Shown: positions 1 through 11,679, counted from the stretch's first letter. The stretch is 64,000 nucleotides of DNA from Podarcis muralis (GCF_964188315.1 NC_135656.1:107198001-107262000), one strand, 5' to 3'. Numbers and translations are program-made. The notes: generated by a model from the letters alone, not told the origin.

Positions 1-59
1 TCCCAAGCAAGGTGGAGAGAAGCAGGGCAGGGCCCTTCAGGCTCCCAGCGGGTCAGAAA

Positions 60-758
60 AATCTGGATAATGATGAAATAAAACTATTACAAGAAAAGAT
101 AGGCCTAGATTTTGTGAAAAAAGTCAAGTATTTGGGTGTGAATCTGTCTGGGAAAAACTTGAACTATGGAATAAAATTAAGAGAGACCTAGAGATATGGT
201 CAAATTTAAAACTGTCATTAATGGGCCAGATTTCAGTGGTTAAGATGAATGTATTGCCAAAGATGTTATTTTTGTTTCAAGCCCTCCCAGTCATAGACAA
301 TGTGAAATGCTTTAAAGAATGGCAGAAAGCTTTATCTAGACTTATCTGGCGGCGGCGGCGGGGGGGGGGGGGCGGACCCAGAATTAAATATAAATTACTT
401 ACGGATTCTAAAGAAAGAGGGGGATTCTCCCTGCCAGATTTGAAAATCTATTTTGAGGCAGCTGCTTTTTGCTGGATTAAAGAATGGATACAACTAGAAG
501 GCACTGATGTTTTAGATTTAGAGGGATTTGATAATTTGTTTGGATGGCATGCATATCTATGGTATGATAAAGTAAAGGCCCATAATGCTTTCAAAAATCA
601 TGTAATTAGGAAATCTCTGTACAACGTATGGATAAAATATAAAGATCTCTTAGAAAGGAAGACACCCAGATGGCTTTCACCAATGGAGGCGAAGGCCCAG
701 AAAAAGTTAAATATGGATATCAAGTGGTTGAGGTATTCAGATTTATAGTTGGAAGTAG
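60..758 (+). mobile_element. L1-clade LINE ORF2 fragment (post-RT region), degenerate
   Basis: ORF 221-748 has VKYLG/KMNVLPKMLFLFQALP/ERGGFSLPDLKIYFEAA, homologous to L1 ORF2 pieces at 8310-9945 and 45382-46211. Confidence 0.9.
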
Positions 759-830
759 CTGGAGTAGCTGGATGGAGGTTGGAGGTCACTGAAAATGGCC
801 ATCCCATAAAAAAGTGACACCACAATCAAG
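759..830 (-). pseudogene. 72-bp olfactory receptor fragment (TM6-ECL3)
   Basis: Reverse strand reads LIVVSLFYGMAIFSDLQPPSSYS, matching the same segment of the neighbouring ORs. Confidence 0.8.
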
Positions 831-950
831 CGCAGGCAATCCAACATAAAAAAGAAGCTCTGGTTGCCATATAAGTGATCAGTGATGTTTTATTTATTTT
901 TATTAAAATATAACCACAGAGCCTCTGCATGGAGTTGGGAGACAATGGTC

Positions 951-1895
951 TTAGGTTCTCTTTGTCAGTCTTCTTAGAGCTTTGTGCACCTCTTTGTTCC
1001 TCAGGGTATAGATTAGGGGATTGAGCATGGTGACAACGAATGTATAGAAAAGGGAAACCATCTTGCCCTGATCGCGGGAGTAGTTGGATGCGGGCTGGAC
1101 GTAGCTGAAGATGGCCGTCCCATAAAAGAGTGACACCACGATCAAGTGGGAAGCACAGGTGTTGAAGGCCTTCTGCCTGCTCTCTGCTGAGCGGATCCTC
1201 AACACAGCAACAACAATATAGCTATAAGAGACCATAATGAGGCCTAGTGGTACTATAAGGAACACTGCGCTAAAAGCAACAAGCAAAGCCTCGTTGAAGG
1301 AGGTGTCAACACAGGCCAATTTGATTAAGGCTGGCACCTCACAGAAAAAATGGTCTATTCGGTTCTCTCCACACCGTGGAAGCTGAACAGTCATCACTGT
1401 GTGCACTAGTGAATTACTGAAGCCAAAAAGCCAGGCGATGGCAGCCATCTTGAAACATAAAGAGTGGCTCATAATGGTAGTGTAGCGCAGTGGATGGCAG
1501 ACTGCAGCATATCGGTCATAGGCCATGACAGCCAAAAGGACGCATTCTGTAGAGCCCAGAGCAAGGGAGATGTGCAATTCAGCCACACAGCCACCATAGG
1601 AAATAGACTTCTTCTTCTTCCAGAAGCTCACCAGCATCTGTGGTCCAAGGCTGGTGGTGAAGCAAATATCAAGGAAGGAGAGGTTGCTGAGGAAGAAATA
1701 CATGGGGGTGTGGAGATGGGGGTCCAGCTGCGACACCACAATGATGGTTGTGTTTCCCAACAGGGTCATTTTATAGCAGGTCAGGATAAAGGCAAAGAGG
1801 AACATCTCCAAGCGTGGGCGGTCAGCGACTCCCAGTAAGATGAATTCTCCTTCATAGCTCTGATTACCTTCTTCCCACAATGCTTCCCTGTACAT
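951..1895 (-). CDS. Olfactory receptor, family 2-like (OR-A), intact 314 aa
   Basis: [52 protein letters not shown] motifs; N-glycosylation site NQS; splice acceptor ttttctag one codon before the ATG. Confidence 0.97.
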   Translation of the reverse strand: MYREALWEEGNQSYEGEFILLGVADRPRLEMFLFAFILTCYKMTLLGNTTIIVVSQLDPHLHTPMYFFLSNLSFLDICFTTSLGPQMLVSFWKKKKSISYGGCVAELHISLALGSTECVLLAVMAYDRYAAVCHPLRYTTIMSHSLCFKMAAIAWLFGFSNSLVHTVMTVQLPRCGENRIDHFFCEVPALIKLACVDTSFNEALLVAFSAVFLIVPLGLIMVSYSYIVVAVLRIRSAESRQKAFNTCASHLIVVSLFYGTAIFSYVQPASNYSRDQGKMVSLFYTFVVTMLNPLIYTLRNKEVHKALRRLTKRT

Positions 1896-2339
1896 TATCT
1901 AGAAAAGGAAGAAACAAAAATAGCAAAATACCTACTCAAATGGTGCTGAAATAAACAGTTGGCACAAAAACAATAGTGGCATGGTTGCAAGACTGTGATC
2001 ACCCAATGATTCTCATTCTTGGACATGAGACCTGTCCCCAGTCTCCAAATCCAAGCTCCAGTTAAGTGTACTCTCTACCCAATCTGCTTCTGAATCTATG
2101 CAGTATGAATATGAACCAGGAACCATGTGTGCAATGAGAAAACCATCTCATTATTGCATGGCTTAATGTAGGGATGGTGAACATTCAGCCCTCCAGATGT
2201 TGCTGAAGTGCAATTCTGTTCAGCTCCAGCAAGCATGGCCAATTCCTGGGAAGATGGGAGTTGTAGTTCACCAACATCTGGAGGGCGAAAGGTAATCTAC
2301 TATTTCTTTAAAAAACAACACTTAAACCAAAGTACTGTC

Positions 2340-2700
2340 AGATTTTACAATGTTATCCAGCAGGGTGGTGGTAGAGGAAGTTTCTATCCACCCGCATCTT
2401 CAGCAGCTCCCTGAAGAACCATCAAGGAGCCACAGAAGGAACAGAACTCAGACCCAATAATTAGGGGAATACTTTACGCTGCAGCCATGAGCAAAGAAGC
2501 CTCAAAGGACTCTCCTCCTCCTCGCTTGCACAATGTCCTCTGGAGGCTGTGACTTGCACGAGGGAAGGCGTGGAAAGAAAAATACTACTTAACTCCTTAG
2601 GGAGCAAAAGTCTTTGAATCAACTAGCTATATGGGAACTTTCCAAGTTGGTCGGATAAATTTATTTCACGGCACATTGATAGTTTGAGTACTCCAATTTG
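2340..2700 (-). promoter_or_regulatory. Candidate promoter/first exon of OR-A (paralogous to 7480-7900)
   Basis: Clear similarity to 7480-7900; both copies keep an O/E(Ebf)-like TCCCTAAGGAG and an ATG followed after 8 nt by a GT donor-like site (exon end 2478). Confidence 0.4.
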
Positions 2701-2731
2701 CTTTTTTGACACTTCGTGTTGGTGTCACATT

Positions 2732-2888
2732 TTTATCTACTTGCACTTTGACATGCTTTCGAACTGCTAGATTGGCAGGAGCAGGGACCAAGCAACGGGA
2801 GCTCACCCCGTCGTGGGGATTCAAACCACCGACCTTCTGATTGGCAAGTCCTAGGCTTGTGGTTTAACCCACAGCGCCACCCACGTCC
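2732..2888 (-). mobile_element. Sauria SINE (Squam1), 5' half
   Basis: tRNA-like head with A box and B box (reverse strand GGTTTGAATCC), matching the other copies in the window. Confidence 0.9.
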
Positions 2889-3029
2889 GTTCACATCATC
2901 ATACAGCCACAAAATTCACTAGGAACTGATCCACATTTGGTTTTTCTCCCCCTTGGCTTTTTGTCTCCTTGCTATGCACATGACGCAGTTCACCCCCACT
3001 TGTGGTGATGTACTGCTATTCAAGGCAAT

Positions 3030-3515
3030 GTCAGCCCACTAATCCAGGCAAAAGCAGCCATTTTGAAGCACAGGGAGTGGTTCATAATGGTAGTGTAGCG
3101 CAGCGGGGGGCAGACGGCAGCATAGTGGTCACAAGCCATGACAACCAAAAGAATACATTCTGTGGAGCCCAACACAAGAAAGACATAGAGCTGGGCCACA
3201 CAGGCACCATAGCACCATAACTGATAGTCTTGCTTTTTTGCCAGAAGTTCACCAACATCTGCAGACCCACACTGGTGGTGAAGCAAATATCAAGGAAGGA
3301 GAGGTTGCTGAGGAAGAAATACATGGGGGTGTGGAGATGGGGGTCCAGCCGCAACACTACAATGATGGTTGTGTGCCCAGCAAGGTCATCGTGTAGCAGG
3401 GCAGGAGAATGGCAAAGAGCAACGTCTTCAAGTGTGGGTGGTCAGCCACTCCCAGTAAGATGAATTATCCTCCATAGCTCTCATTGCCTACTTCCCACAA
3501 TGCTTCCCTGTACAT
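3030..3515 (-). pseudogene. OR pseudogene (OR-psi1): nonsense codon, frameshifts, 3'-truncated in TM4
   Basis: ATG TAC AGG GAA start paralogous to OR-A; codon 17 GAA>TAA at 3465-3467; OR peptides in two frames (ORFs 3082-3357, 3020-3286); homology ends after AAFAWISG. Confidence 0.92.
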
Positions 3516-4209
3516 TAGCTAGAAACGGAAGAAACAAAAATAGGAAAATACCTACTCAAAATGGAGCTGGAATAAACAGTTGGCACAAAAGCAATGGTGG
3601 CATCTTGGTATGGCTGAAATCACCCAGGTACCATGTGTACAATGAGCAAACCTTCTAATTTTTACATGGCTTAATGCAGGGATGGGGAACCCTCCTGATG
3701 TTCCAGAACTACAACCCTCTTCGGCCCTGGCAAGCATTGCCAAAAGCATGGGATGCTGGGAGTTGTAGTTCAGCTATGTCTGGAGGGCCAAGGGTAATCT
3801 GATATTCAAGATTAAAAGGAGTTAAACCAGGTTACAATCAGAAGACTAGGGTGCTGTGATTTAGCACTAAAGTGTGGACTTTCCGGGGCAAGTAGCAGGG
3901 CAAAGGCAAAACCTCTGCCTAGAAAGCATGGGAGAAGTGGAAAATCACTTGGACCCATGCTTTCTACACACAAAACAAGCAGAAGGGTGGATGGGCATAC
4001 ATTCTTGCTCCAGGTTATTCTAGCACAGGGAAAACCAACACTGGACTTCAGCTCCCAGAAAGCATGGGAAATGATCAGGAATGATGGGAGGCAAAGTGCT
4101 AACGGAAGAAAATACGTAGCTGATCTTGTATTTTAAGATTGCTCTGCGGTTTTTATTGTATGGTTTTTATTCAGAGCTGTGGGAAACCACTCTGGTATTT
4201 TTATGAGTA

Positions 4210-4440
4210 CAGTGGTACCTCAGGTTACAGATGCTTCAGGTTACAGATGCTTCAAGTTACAGACTCCGCTAACCCAGAAATAGTACCTTGGGTTAAGAGC
4301 TTTGCTTCAGGATGAGAACAGAAATTGCACGGTGGCAGTGGGAGGCCCCATTAGCTAAAGTGGTGCTTCAGGTTAAGAACAGTTTCAGGTTAAGAACAGA
4401 CCTCCAGAACGAATTAAGTTCTTAACCCGAGGTACCACTG
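4210..4440. mobile_element. Tc1/mariner (Tigger-like) MITE
   Basis: TIRs CAGTGGTACCTC...GAGGTACCACTG with TA on both sides. Confidence 0.9.
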
Positions 4441-5181
4441 TAGTGGAATATCAGTATTTTCAAATAAATATTTAAATATGCTCTAGATGGTGCTACCTTT
4501 AGAACATACCAGAAGAGTTTAGTTCATACAAAATACAGTGGCTTCTGACAGGAACCTACAAACTGGGAGTTAGCCTATTCCTGTTTTAAAAGGAGAAAAT
4601 GTTGTTTGGCTCTGAACAGGACATGTAAGGGTTGAGATGCTTACTGAAAACGATAATATTTTGTAGTGATATAAAGAAGGCAAATTAGAGTTGAAAATAA
4701 TTACCGTAGATTGAAATAAAGTACCAGCTACCACATGCTCATATGTAAACCAGTGGTCAGCCACACTTTGAATACTGTGTACTATTCTGGTGGTCAAATC
4801 TCAGAAAAATGTAGACTTGCGGTTAAAAATACGTAAAGACAAAGAGTATAAAATAAAATGATCCAGGGTTGGAGACCTCCCTTATAAGGAAAATCTGTTT
4901 AGAGAAACTTAACAAAGGTTGAACTACCTAATTGTATCAGCTGCAAATGCAAGTAACAGAAACACAAAAGCTGCTTCGCCTCCCCCCCCCCCCCCCCCCC
5001 GGGATTTAAAAGAAGAATCAACTTAAGGAGGGAGGAGGAATCTGTGATAAAGATGCTTAATCTGTTTCCCAACTTCACGTAAAATATCCTTCCCATACAC
5101 TTTCCCCATATACATTTCCAAGCACAGGTCTCAAAGCTGTGAAGGAGAGAAACTTTAGGACAAGACAAGAAAATTACTCAC

Positions 5182-5214
5182 CAGCATATTGTTGAAAGTG
5201 CCATGTTCCATGAA
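5182..5214 (-). other. Candidate 33-nt upstream exon of OR-psi1
   Basis: cctttttcag|TTC ATG GAA CAT GGC ACT TTC AAC AAT ATG CTG|gtgagt: strong acceptor and donor. Confidence 0.45.
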
Positions 5215-5355
5215 CTGAAAAAGGTGTATTTAATATTTTATCTCTATTCTATTCATTTCACATCCATCCATCCTATAATTTATGGTCCCTTTCTTTCTCA
5301 GATGACACTCCTCACACTACCTCACTAGGGAGTGTCATTTTAGGGTTGAAACTTA

Positions 5356-5614
5356 CCGTATTTTTCGCTCTATAAGACGCACCAGACCACAAGACGCACC
5401 TAGTTTTTGGAGGAGGAAAACAAGAAAAAAAATATTCTGAATCTCAGAAGCCAGAAAAGCAAGAGGGATCGCTGCGCAGTGAAAGCAGCAATCCCTCTTG
5501 CTGTTCTGGATTCTGGGATAGCTGTGCAGACTGCATTCGCTCCATAAGACACACACACATTTCCCCTTACTTTTTAGGAGGGAAAAAGTGAGTCTTATAG
5601 AGCAAAAAATATGG
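5356..5614. mobile_element. Tc1/mariner-type MITE (CCGTA TIR family)
   Basis: TIRs CCGTATTTTTCGCTCTATAAGAC / GTCTTATAGAGCAAAAAATATGG, TA TSD; absent from the tandem paralog at ~6119. Confidence 0.88.
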
Positions 5615-6390
5615 TAGTTTTTGCGGTTTTATTCAGTGAGGGGTATTTTTGAGTGTGAGGAATTCAAATCTGCTATTATTTTTGTGACTGGACAACGTTT
5701 AGTTTGGTAAATTCACATTTGATGAAGAAGCACATAAACTACTTTTGGAAAACCAAATAATTCTAATTTTATCATATAAAATATATAACTGCAACTACTT
5801 GGCAATCAATTTAAATGACATCTATGCAATCTTACACCCATTTTACTTACCAAGCAAAACGAAATTATATTAATTTAACCAAAATATCTTTTGAATTTCC
5901 AAGTCATATTAAAACATTTTAGCAACCCTTATTTTTGGATTTAGCTCACCTCTGTCTCAGTGAGAAGTAAATTCATTCTGAAAAATGTGTATCCAATATT
6001 TTATCTCTTTTCCTCTCTCTTCATTTCTCTTCCAACCATCCTATAATTTGTGGTTCCTTTCTCAAGATGACACTCCTCACACTACCTCAGTAGGGCATGT
6101 CATTTGAGGGTTGAAACTTAATTATTGCAAGGTATTCTTGAGTGTGAGGAATTCAAATCTGCTATTATTTTTGTGACTGAACAACATTTAGTTTGGTAAG
6201 TCGACATTTGATGGAAAAGCACATAAACTACTTTTGAAAAACCAAAAAAGTTTAATATTATCATATAAAATATATAACTGCAAGCACTTGGCAATCAATT
6301 TTAATGATATCTATGCAATTTTACACCCATTTTACTTATCAAGCAAAATGAAATTGTATTAATTTAACCAAAATATCTTTTGAATTCCTG

Positions 6391-6634
6391 TCATAGAATC
6401 ATAGAATAGAATCATAGAGTTGGAATAGACCACAAGGGCCATCGAGTCCAACCCCCTGCCAAGCAGGAAACACCATCAGAGCACTCCTGACATATGGTTG
6501 TCAAGCCTCTGCTTAAAGACCTCCAAAGACGGAGACCCCACCACACTCCTTGGCAGCAAATTCCACTGTCGAACAGCTCTTACTGTCAGGAAGTTCTTCC
6601 TAATGTTTAGGTGGAATCTTCTTTCTTGTAGTTG
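6391..6634 (-). mobile_element. CR1 LINE 3' end
   Basis: (ATAGAATC)n tail; near-identical to 63278-63510; flanked by a CTGTCAT duplication. Confidence 0.9.
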
Positions 6635-7479
6635 ATTAGAACTGTCATGTTAGAACTTTTAGCACCCTTCATTTTTGGAATTAGCTCACCCCTGACTCTT
6701 GGTTTGCTGTGACAGTCTGTGTTGAGGGAGCAAGTGGCTCCACCTTGGGCCAAGAAAACTCTCACAGAGCTCACTCTGGATACAGCTCTGTAGTCCAGGT
6801 CATCAAGAGGGTACTGTGTGGAAAATACCAGGGGTAGCCTGGGCAGACATGAAATTGCCTTATAGCCGATAAGAGGATTAGTCCACCTATCTCAGTATTA
6901 CACAGTATTCTCCATGCTTGAGTTGCCGGGTTTTGTTGGACTACTACTCCCATCACCCCTCAGACACCTTAGGCAATGGTGATGGACGATGGGAATTGTA
7001 GTCCAACAGGCAGGGGTGGTGTGGTAGGAAAGGGAAGGCTGTTTCAGAATAAACCTCACACACCCCTGACTATTAATCATGTCAATTGATGGCAGTTGTC
7101 ATTCAAACCACCTGTCAGGCACGACGCCAGAGAAGGTTGCTTTACACCTTCCTGTTCTATAGTCGAAGGAGCTAGAGAATGAAATCAAATAAGAAGAAAT
7201 CTTTTTGAAAAAGCAGAGAGAAAGAACAGTGTGTATGTGTATCTGAAGGGGAGAGGGTCAAGGGGAAAAGGGCAGGAGGAGACTGAAAAAGAAAGAAATG
7301 CAGATTCTCTTACACCTGGAGGCATCTCCATAAGGATCAGTGTAAATGATGGTGGGAAAAGAGAAATCCTCCCTGCAACTCTTACTCTGGTCGGCTTGCC
7401 TAATTCAGTCCAGCTCCTTACCTCTTCTGCCTCAGCATTGTTTCCCATACTATCTGTTGGTACCGTCACATCTACATGG

Positions 7480-7900
7480 CCATAGTAAGATGATCTCTCT
7501 GTTTCTAAAGGGGCCTTCAGGGGTCAGGATAAATGATTTTATGATGTTATCCAGGAGGATGGGAGAGGTGGAGGAAAGTGCTCTCTCTCCCCTTCTTCAG
7601 CAGCTCTCTGAGGAACCATCATGAAGCCCCATAAGGGCCAGAAATCAGACTCGATAATTAAGGGGAAACTACATGTTACCCTTCAGTCATGAGCAAAGTC
7701 CCAAAGGACCTGGCTCCTCTTCCCTTGCACAGCGTCCTCTGGAGGCTGTGACTTGCACCAGGGAAGGGATGGAAAAGAAAACACTACTTAACTCCTTAGG
7801 GAACAAAAGTCTTTGAATTAACTAGCTATGCAGAAATTTTCAAAGTTGGTAGGAGAAATTTATTTCATTGCATATGGATATTTCTGGGTATTCCAATTAG
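7480..7900 (-). promoter_or_regulatory. Candidate promoter/first exon of OR-psi1
   Basis: Paralog of 2340-2700; O/E-like TCCCTAAGGAG, homeodomain-like CTAATTG, donor-like AGG|GTAACA at 7680/7679. Confidence 0.4.
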
Positions 7901-8309
7901 CTGTTAGGAGACCTCATGTGGTGTTACATTTAGGGAACTGGATTTAGTTTGAAGGGAGATCAGACTATGGGCATGGAGCCCATAGGCTGGTGACTACTCT
8001 GCCTATTTGGTAATCCAGCACTGAGGACTGTGGACCCTCTGCTTTTCAAATGGACCCTTACTTTTAATATTTTAATATCTCTATGGCAGCCTTTGTTATG
8101 TGAATGGTGCCATGGATCCCCTGGGGTCCAAGGTCCACCAATCAGGAGCACTGATTTACAGCATTTTCACCTCACCTTTCTATAAAAATAATGCCATTAT
8201 TACATTACAATGTTACAACACTGAAATATTCCAAACACCAATAAAACATCTGTAAAATAATCATTAAAAACAAATGAACAGAAGCAACACTGCAAGCCAC
8301 CATAGAACG

Positions 8310-9945
8310 AAGGACAATTCATTATTATTAGAGTTGGTAGCCATTCTGTTCCAAATTTGAATCTTTCATTATTAGGCAGAATGTTGACCATAAAGATGAA
8401 CGTGTTGCCAAGAATGTTATTTCTGTTTCAATCAATTCCAATGATCGGCAGGATGGATTGTTTTTTGGGCATGACAAAAGGATATTTGTAAACATATCTG
8501 GCAAGGGAAAAAACCAAGGATAAAATATAAAATATTAATAGATGCAAAAGAAAGAGGAGGTTTTTCCCTGCTGGATCTGAGATTATATTATGAAGCATCC
8601 TGTCTTTGTTGGTTGAAGGAATGGATGACGTTAGAGAATTCACATATTTTAAGACTTAGAAAGTCATGATAATATTTTTGGCTGGCACACTTATATATGG
8701 TACAAAAAGGTGAATGTTCATAAAGGATTTACAAACCATATAATTAGGATAAAATTGTATAGAGTGCGGGATAGTTACAAGAATTTACTAGAAGTAAGAA
8801 CGCAATTATGGCTTTTACTGCTGGAAGCTATAGCAGTAAAGAAAAAGAACATGACAGAAGGGTGGACAACTTATAGAAATTCATTAAAACAAGAGGGAGG
8901 AGAGTATAAATTAAAAGAATTTAAGGAATTATCTCAGAAATTAACAATATGGTTACAATATCATCATTTGAATGAATGGTTAAAAAAGTTAGAATATGAG
9001 GGTTTGGGGAACAAATATCACAATTGGAGAGAGACCTCTTGGACTAATGTAAAAGTGTTGTCTAAAATGTATAAAATATTATTGGAATGGGAAACAAAAG
9101 ATGAGCAAATAAAATCCTCAATGATACACTGGACAATAGATATCAGTCATAATATAGATATGGAAGCATGGGAATGATTGTGGAATTTGGATATAAAATC
9201 TACAGCATGTTTAAGAGAAAATTATATAAAGAGAAAATTAAGAGAAAATTATATAAAAGAAAATTATATAAAAATGATATATCGTTGGTATCTAACACCA
9301 AGAAAATTGGCAAAATCTAAATCTAAATCAAACAAATGCTGGAAACGTAAAGAGAAAGAAGGTTCTTTTTATCATATGTAGTGGTCTTGTAATAAGATTA
9401 AAGTTTACTGGGAAATGATATATAATGAATTGAAAATGATGTTCAAAAAAACTTTTATAATTTTTTTAAATAAAAATTTCTTTTAGGAATTATAGGGACA
9501 CAACTACCAAAATTGTATATAAATTTATTTATGTATGCTACTACAGCAGCAAGAATGTTACTTGCCCGAAAATGGAAAGAAGTAGAAGTCCCAGTAAAAG
9601 AAGAATGGATACAAAAACATGGAATATGTAGAAATGGCTAAACTTACTTGAAAAATAAGAAATCAAGATAACAAACTTTATAAAAGAATGGAAATGGTTT
9701 ATTGAATAATTACAGACAAATTGTAAACAGATAAAAACATAATCTGCAGTTTTGTAAGACTATATATTCACAGTCGATAATTAAATGAGGAAATTAAATG
9801 AATTTGCAAATGCAGAAATGAAAAAATTTAAGGAACCACAGAAAGAGGGGGAATGAAGTCAAATTTTGAAATGTTAAATGGATTGTAAAATTAATGAAAT
9901 GTATCAATTTGGAAAGTATAAATAAAAAACTTTTTTTTAAAAAAA
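8310..9945 (+). mobile_element. L1-clade LINE, 5'-truncated, ORF2 3' half plus 3' UTR and A-rich tail
   Basis: KMNVLPRMLFLFQSIP, WYLTP..LAK...CWK..EKEGSFYHMW zinc-knuckle region, AATAAA and A-run near 9920-9945. Confidence 0.92.
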
Positions 9946-9971
9946 GTTGGCAGCCACTCGACTCAAGTTGT

Positions 9972-10913
9972 TTATTTCCTCATTATTCTTCCAAGAGCTT
10001 TGTGCATGTCTTTTGTTAAGTTGTGGGTGAACATATCAGACGACACAGCGATTCTTCAAACAGCTCTTGTTTAGTCACAGGCCAGAACAGAACTGAACTG
10101 AAGGGTTCAGCCAACCTGCTCAACTACAAAGCAACAGCAACAACTTTCTGTAACTATCCAATCACTGAACGTCACTTTCAATTCCTTATTTGCATATGCG
10201 GACCTGAGTGAAAACTATCTACCGTATCCTCCTGCAGGCCCAGGGCGAGAACTTCAGTACATAACATCTTTGTTCCTCAGAGTGTAGATCAGTGGGTTGA
10301 ACGTTGTAGTACCAAATGTATAAAAGAGCAACATCATCTTGCCATGCTCCCTGGAGTAGCTGGATGGAGGCTGGACGTAACTGCAAATGGCTGACCCGTA
10401 AAAGAGTGACACCACAATCAAGTGGGAAGCACAGGTGCTGAAGGCCTTCTGCCTGCCTTTGGCTGAGCGGATCCTTAACATAGCAGCTGTTATGTAGCTG
10501 TAAGAGGTTATAATGACACTCAGTAGTAACAGAAGATAAACTGCACTGGAAGAAAGGAGCTCAGTGTCATTGAATGTGGTGTCAACACAAGCCAATTTGA
10601 TTAAGGCTGGCGCCTCACAGAAAAAAGTGTCTATTTGGTTATGTCCACACCGTGGAAGCTGAACAGTCAACACTGTCTGCACTAGTGAATTACTGAAGCC
10701 ACAAAGCCAGGCAAAGGCAGCCATTTTGAAACATACAGAGCGGCTCATAATGGTGGTGTAGCGCAGCGGATGGCAGATGGCCGCATATCGGTCATAGGCC
10801 ATGACAGGCAAAAGAACACATTCTGTGGAGCCCAGAGCAAGGGAGATGTACAACTCAGCCACATAGCCACCATAGGAGATGGACTTGTTTTTCTTCCAGA
10901 AGCTCACCAACAG
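9972..10913 (-). pseudogene. OR pseudogene (OR-psi2): 5'-truncated and interrupted by a solo LTR
   Basis: OR peptide from LVSFW to LRNKD (ORF 10254-10928); the missing end (DMHKALGRIMRK*) lies at 9972-10013 beyond the LTR. Confidence 0.92.
10014..10266 (-). mobile_element. Solo LTR (253 bp)
   Basis: Termini TGTTA...TAACA; perfect 5-bp TSD TCTTT (10009-10013, 10267-10271); internal CCAAT and ATGCAAAT. Confidence 0.88.
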
Positions 10914-11330
10914 TAGCTGTCTTATCACAAAAGAATTTCAGAAATAGACTGGAAAGAGAAGTTGCTGAATTGCAACTTATTACCAAACTTAAAACCACGG
11001 AGAGACCTGGTCCGAATAGAGACATTGGATTCTTATCTCATTATACATGACAAAGCTATTTTTAGCCATCTCACCCCTTGCTTTTTCCTGTAAGACCATT
11101 GCAGTCGTGAACAGTTGTCAACAGGTTTACCACACCTATCAGCCAATCACCCATTCCCACCACCCTTCTGAGTAATACCCCTCCCCACCCTCTCACTATA
11201 TATGAGGGTCTGGTGTCTTTTGTTTCAGTGTATCTGAAGAAGTGTGCGTGCACACGAAAGCTCGTACCAATAACTAACTTAGTTGGTCTCTAAGGTGCTA
11301 CTGGAAGGAATTTTTTCATTTTGTTTCAAT
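10914..11330 (+). mobile_element. Penelope-like element 3' end (GIY-YIG C-terminus plus 3' terminus)
   Basis: Reads REVAELQLITKLKTTERPGPNRDIGFLSHYT*, then the ctgaagaagtg...cacgaaagct...tctctaaggtgc terminus typical of reptile PLEs. Confidence 0.75.
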
Positions 11331-11412
11331 GAAGGAAAGGTTAATTAAGCCTTGGGAGGAGGGAGGAAGCAACAGCCCTTGTTATACACCCGCCGCCTAC
11401 ACACTCCTCTTC

Positions 11413-11679
11413 TGTTATGTACTGAGCTGAATCCTAGAACAATAGGATCCAGAATGCAGCAGTCTGATTGGTCCACAGGAGCCACCCAATCCAGCTCCAG
11501 GTGGAAGTGAATCAGCAACCTGATTGGCCTACAGGAGCAGCCCGGAATTAGCCAATCACGTGGGGCCCATTGTGTAAATAATGTATATATAGCTAGATGT
11601 TTGGGGGAAAGTTTCATTCATTGCTACTACAAGCTGAATAAAGAGCATGAAATTCACACTCGACTCTGAGTATATTTCA
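11413..11679 (+). mobile_element. Solo LTR (267 bp)
   Basis: TGTTATGTACTGA...TTTCA; perfect 5-bp TSD TCTTC; CCAAT boxes, TATA-like TATATA, AATAAA. Confidence 0.88.

Larger units (their letters stand above)
5236..6700. repeat. Two-copy tandem duplication of an AT-rich unit (~5236-5999 and ~6000-6700)
   Basis: Long matching stretches (gatgacactcctcacactacctca; gaggaattcaaatctgctattatttttgtgactg) present twice. Confidence 0.9.

Noticed and set aside
346-375. G-rich run (also the poly-C at 4981-5000)
   Set aside because: Slippage expansion inside an L1 remnant or intergenic DNA; no evidence of function
1464-1838. Antisense ORFs over ORs (also 18834-19208, 24146-24648, 36335-36837)
   Set aside because: Shadows of OR coding sequence, repeated only because the ORs are paralogs
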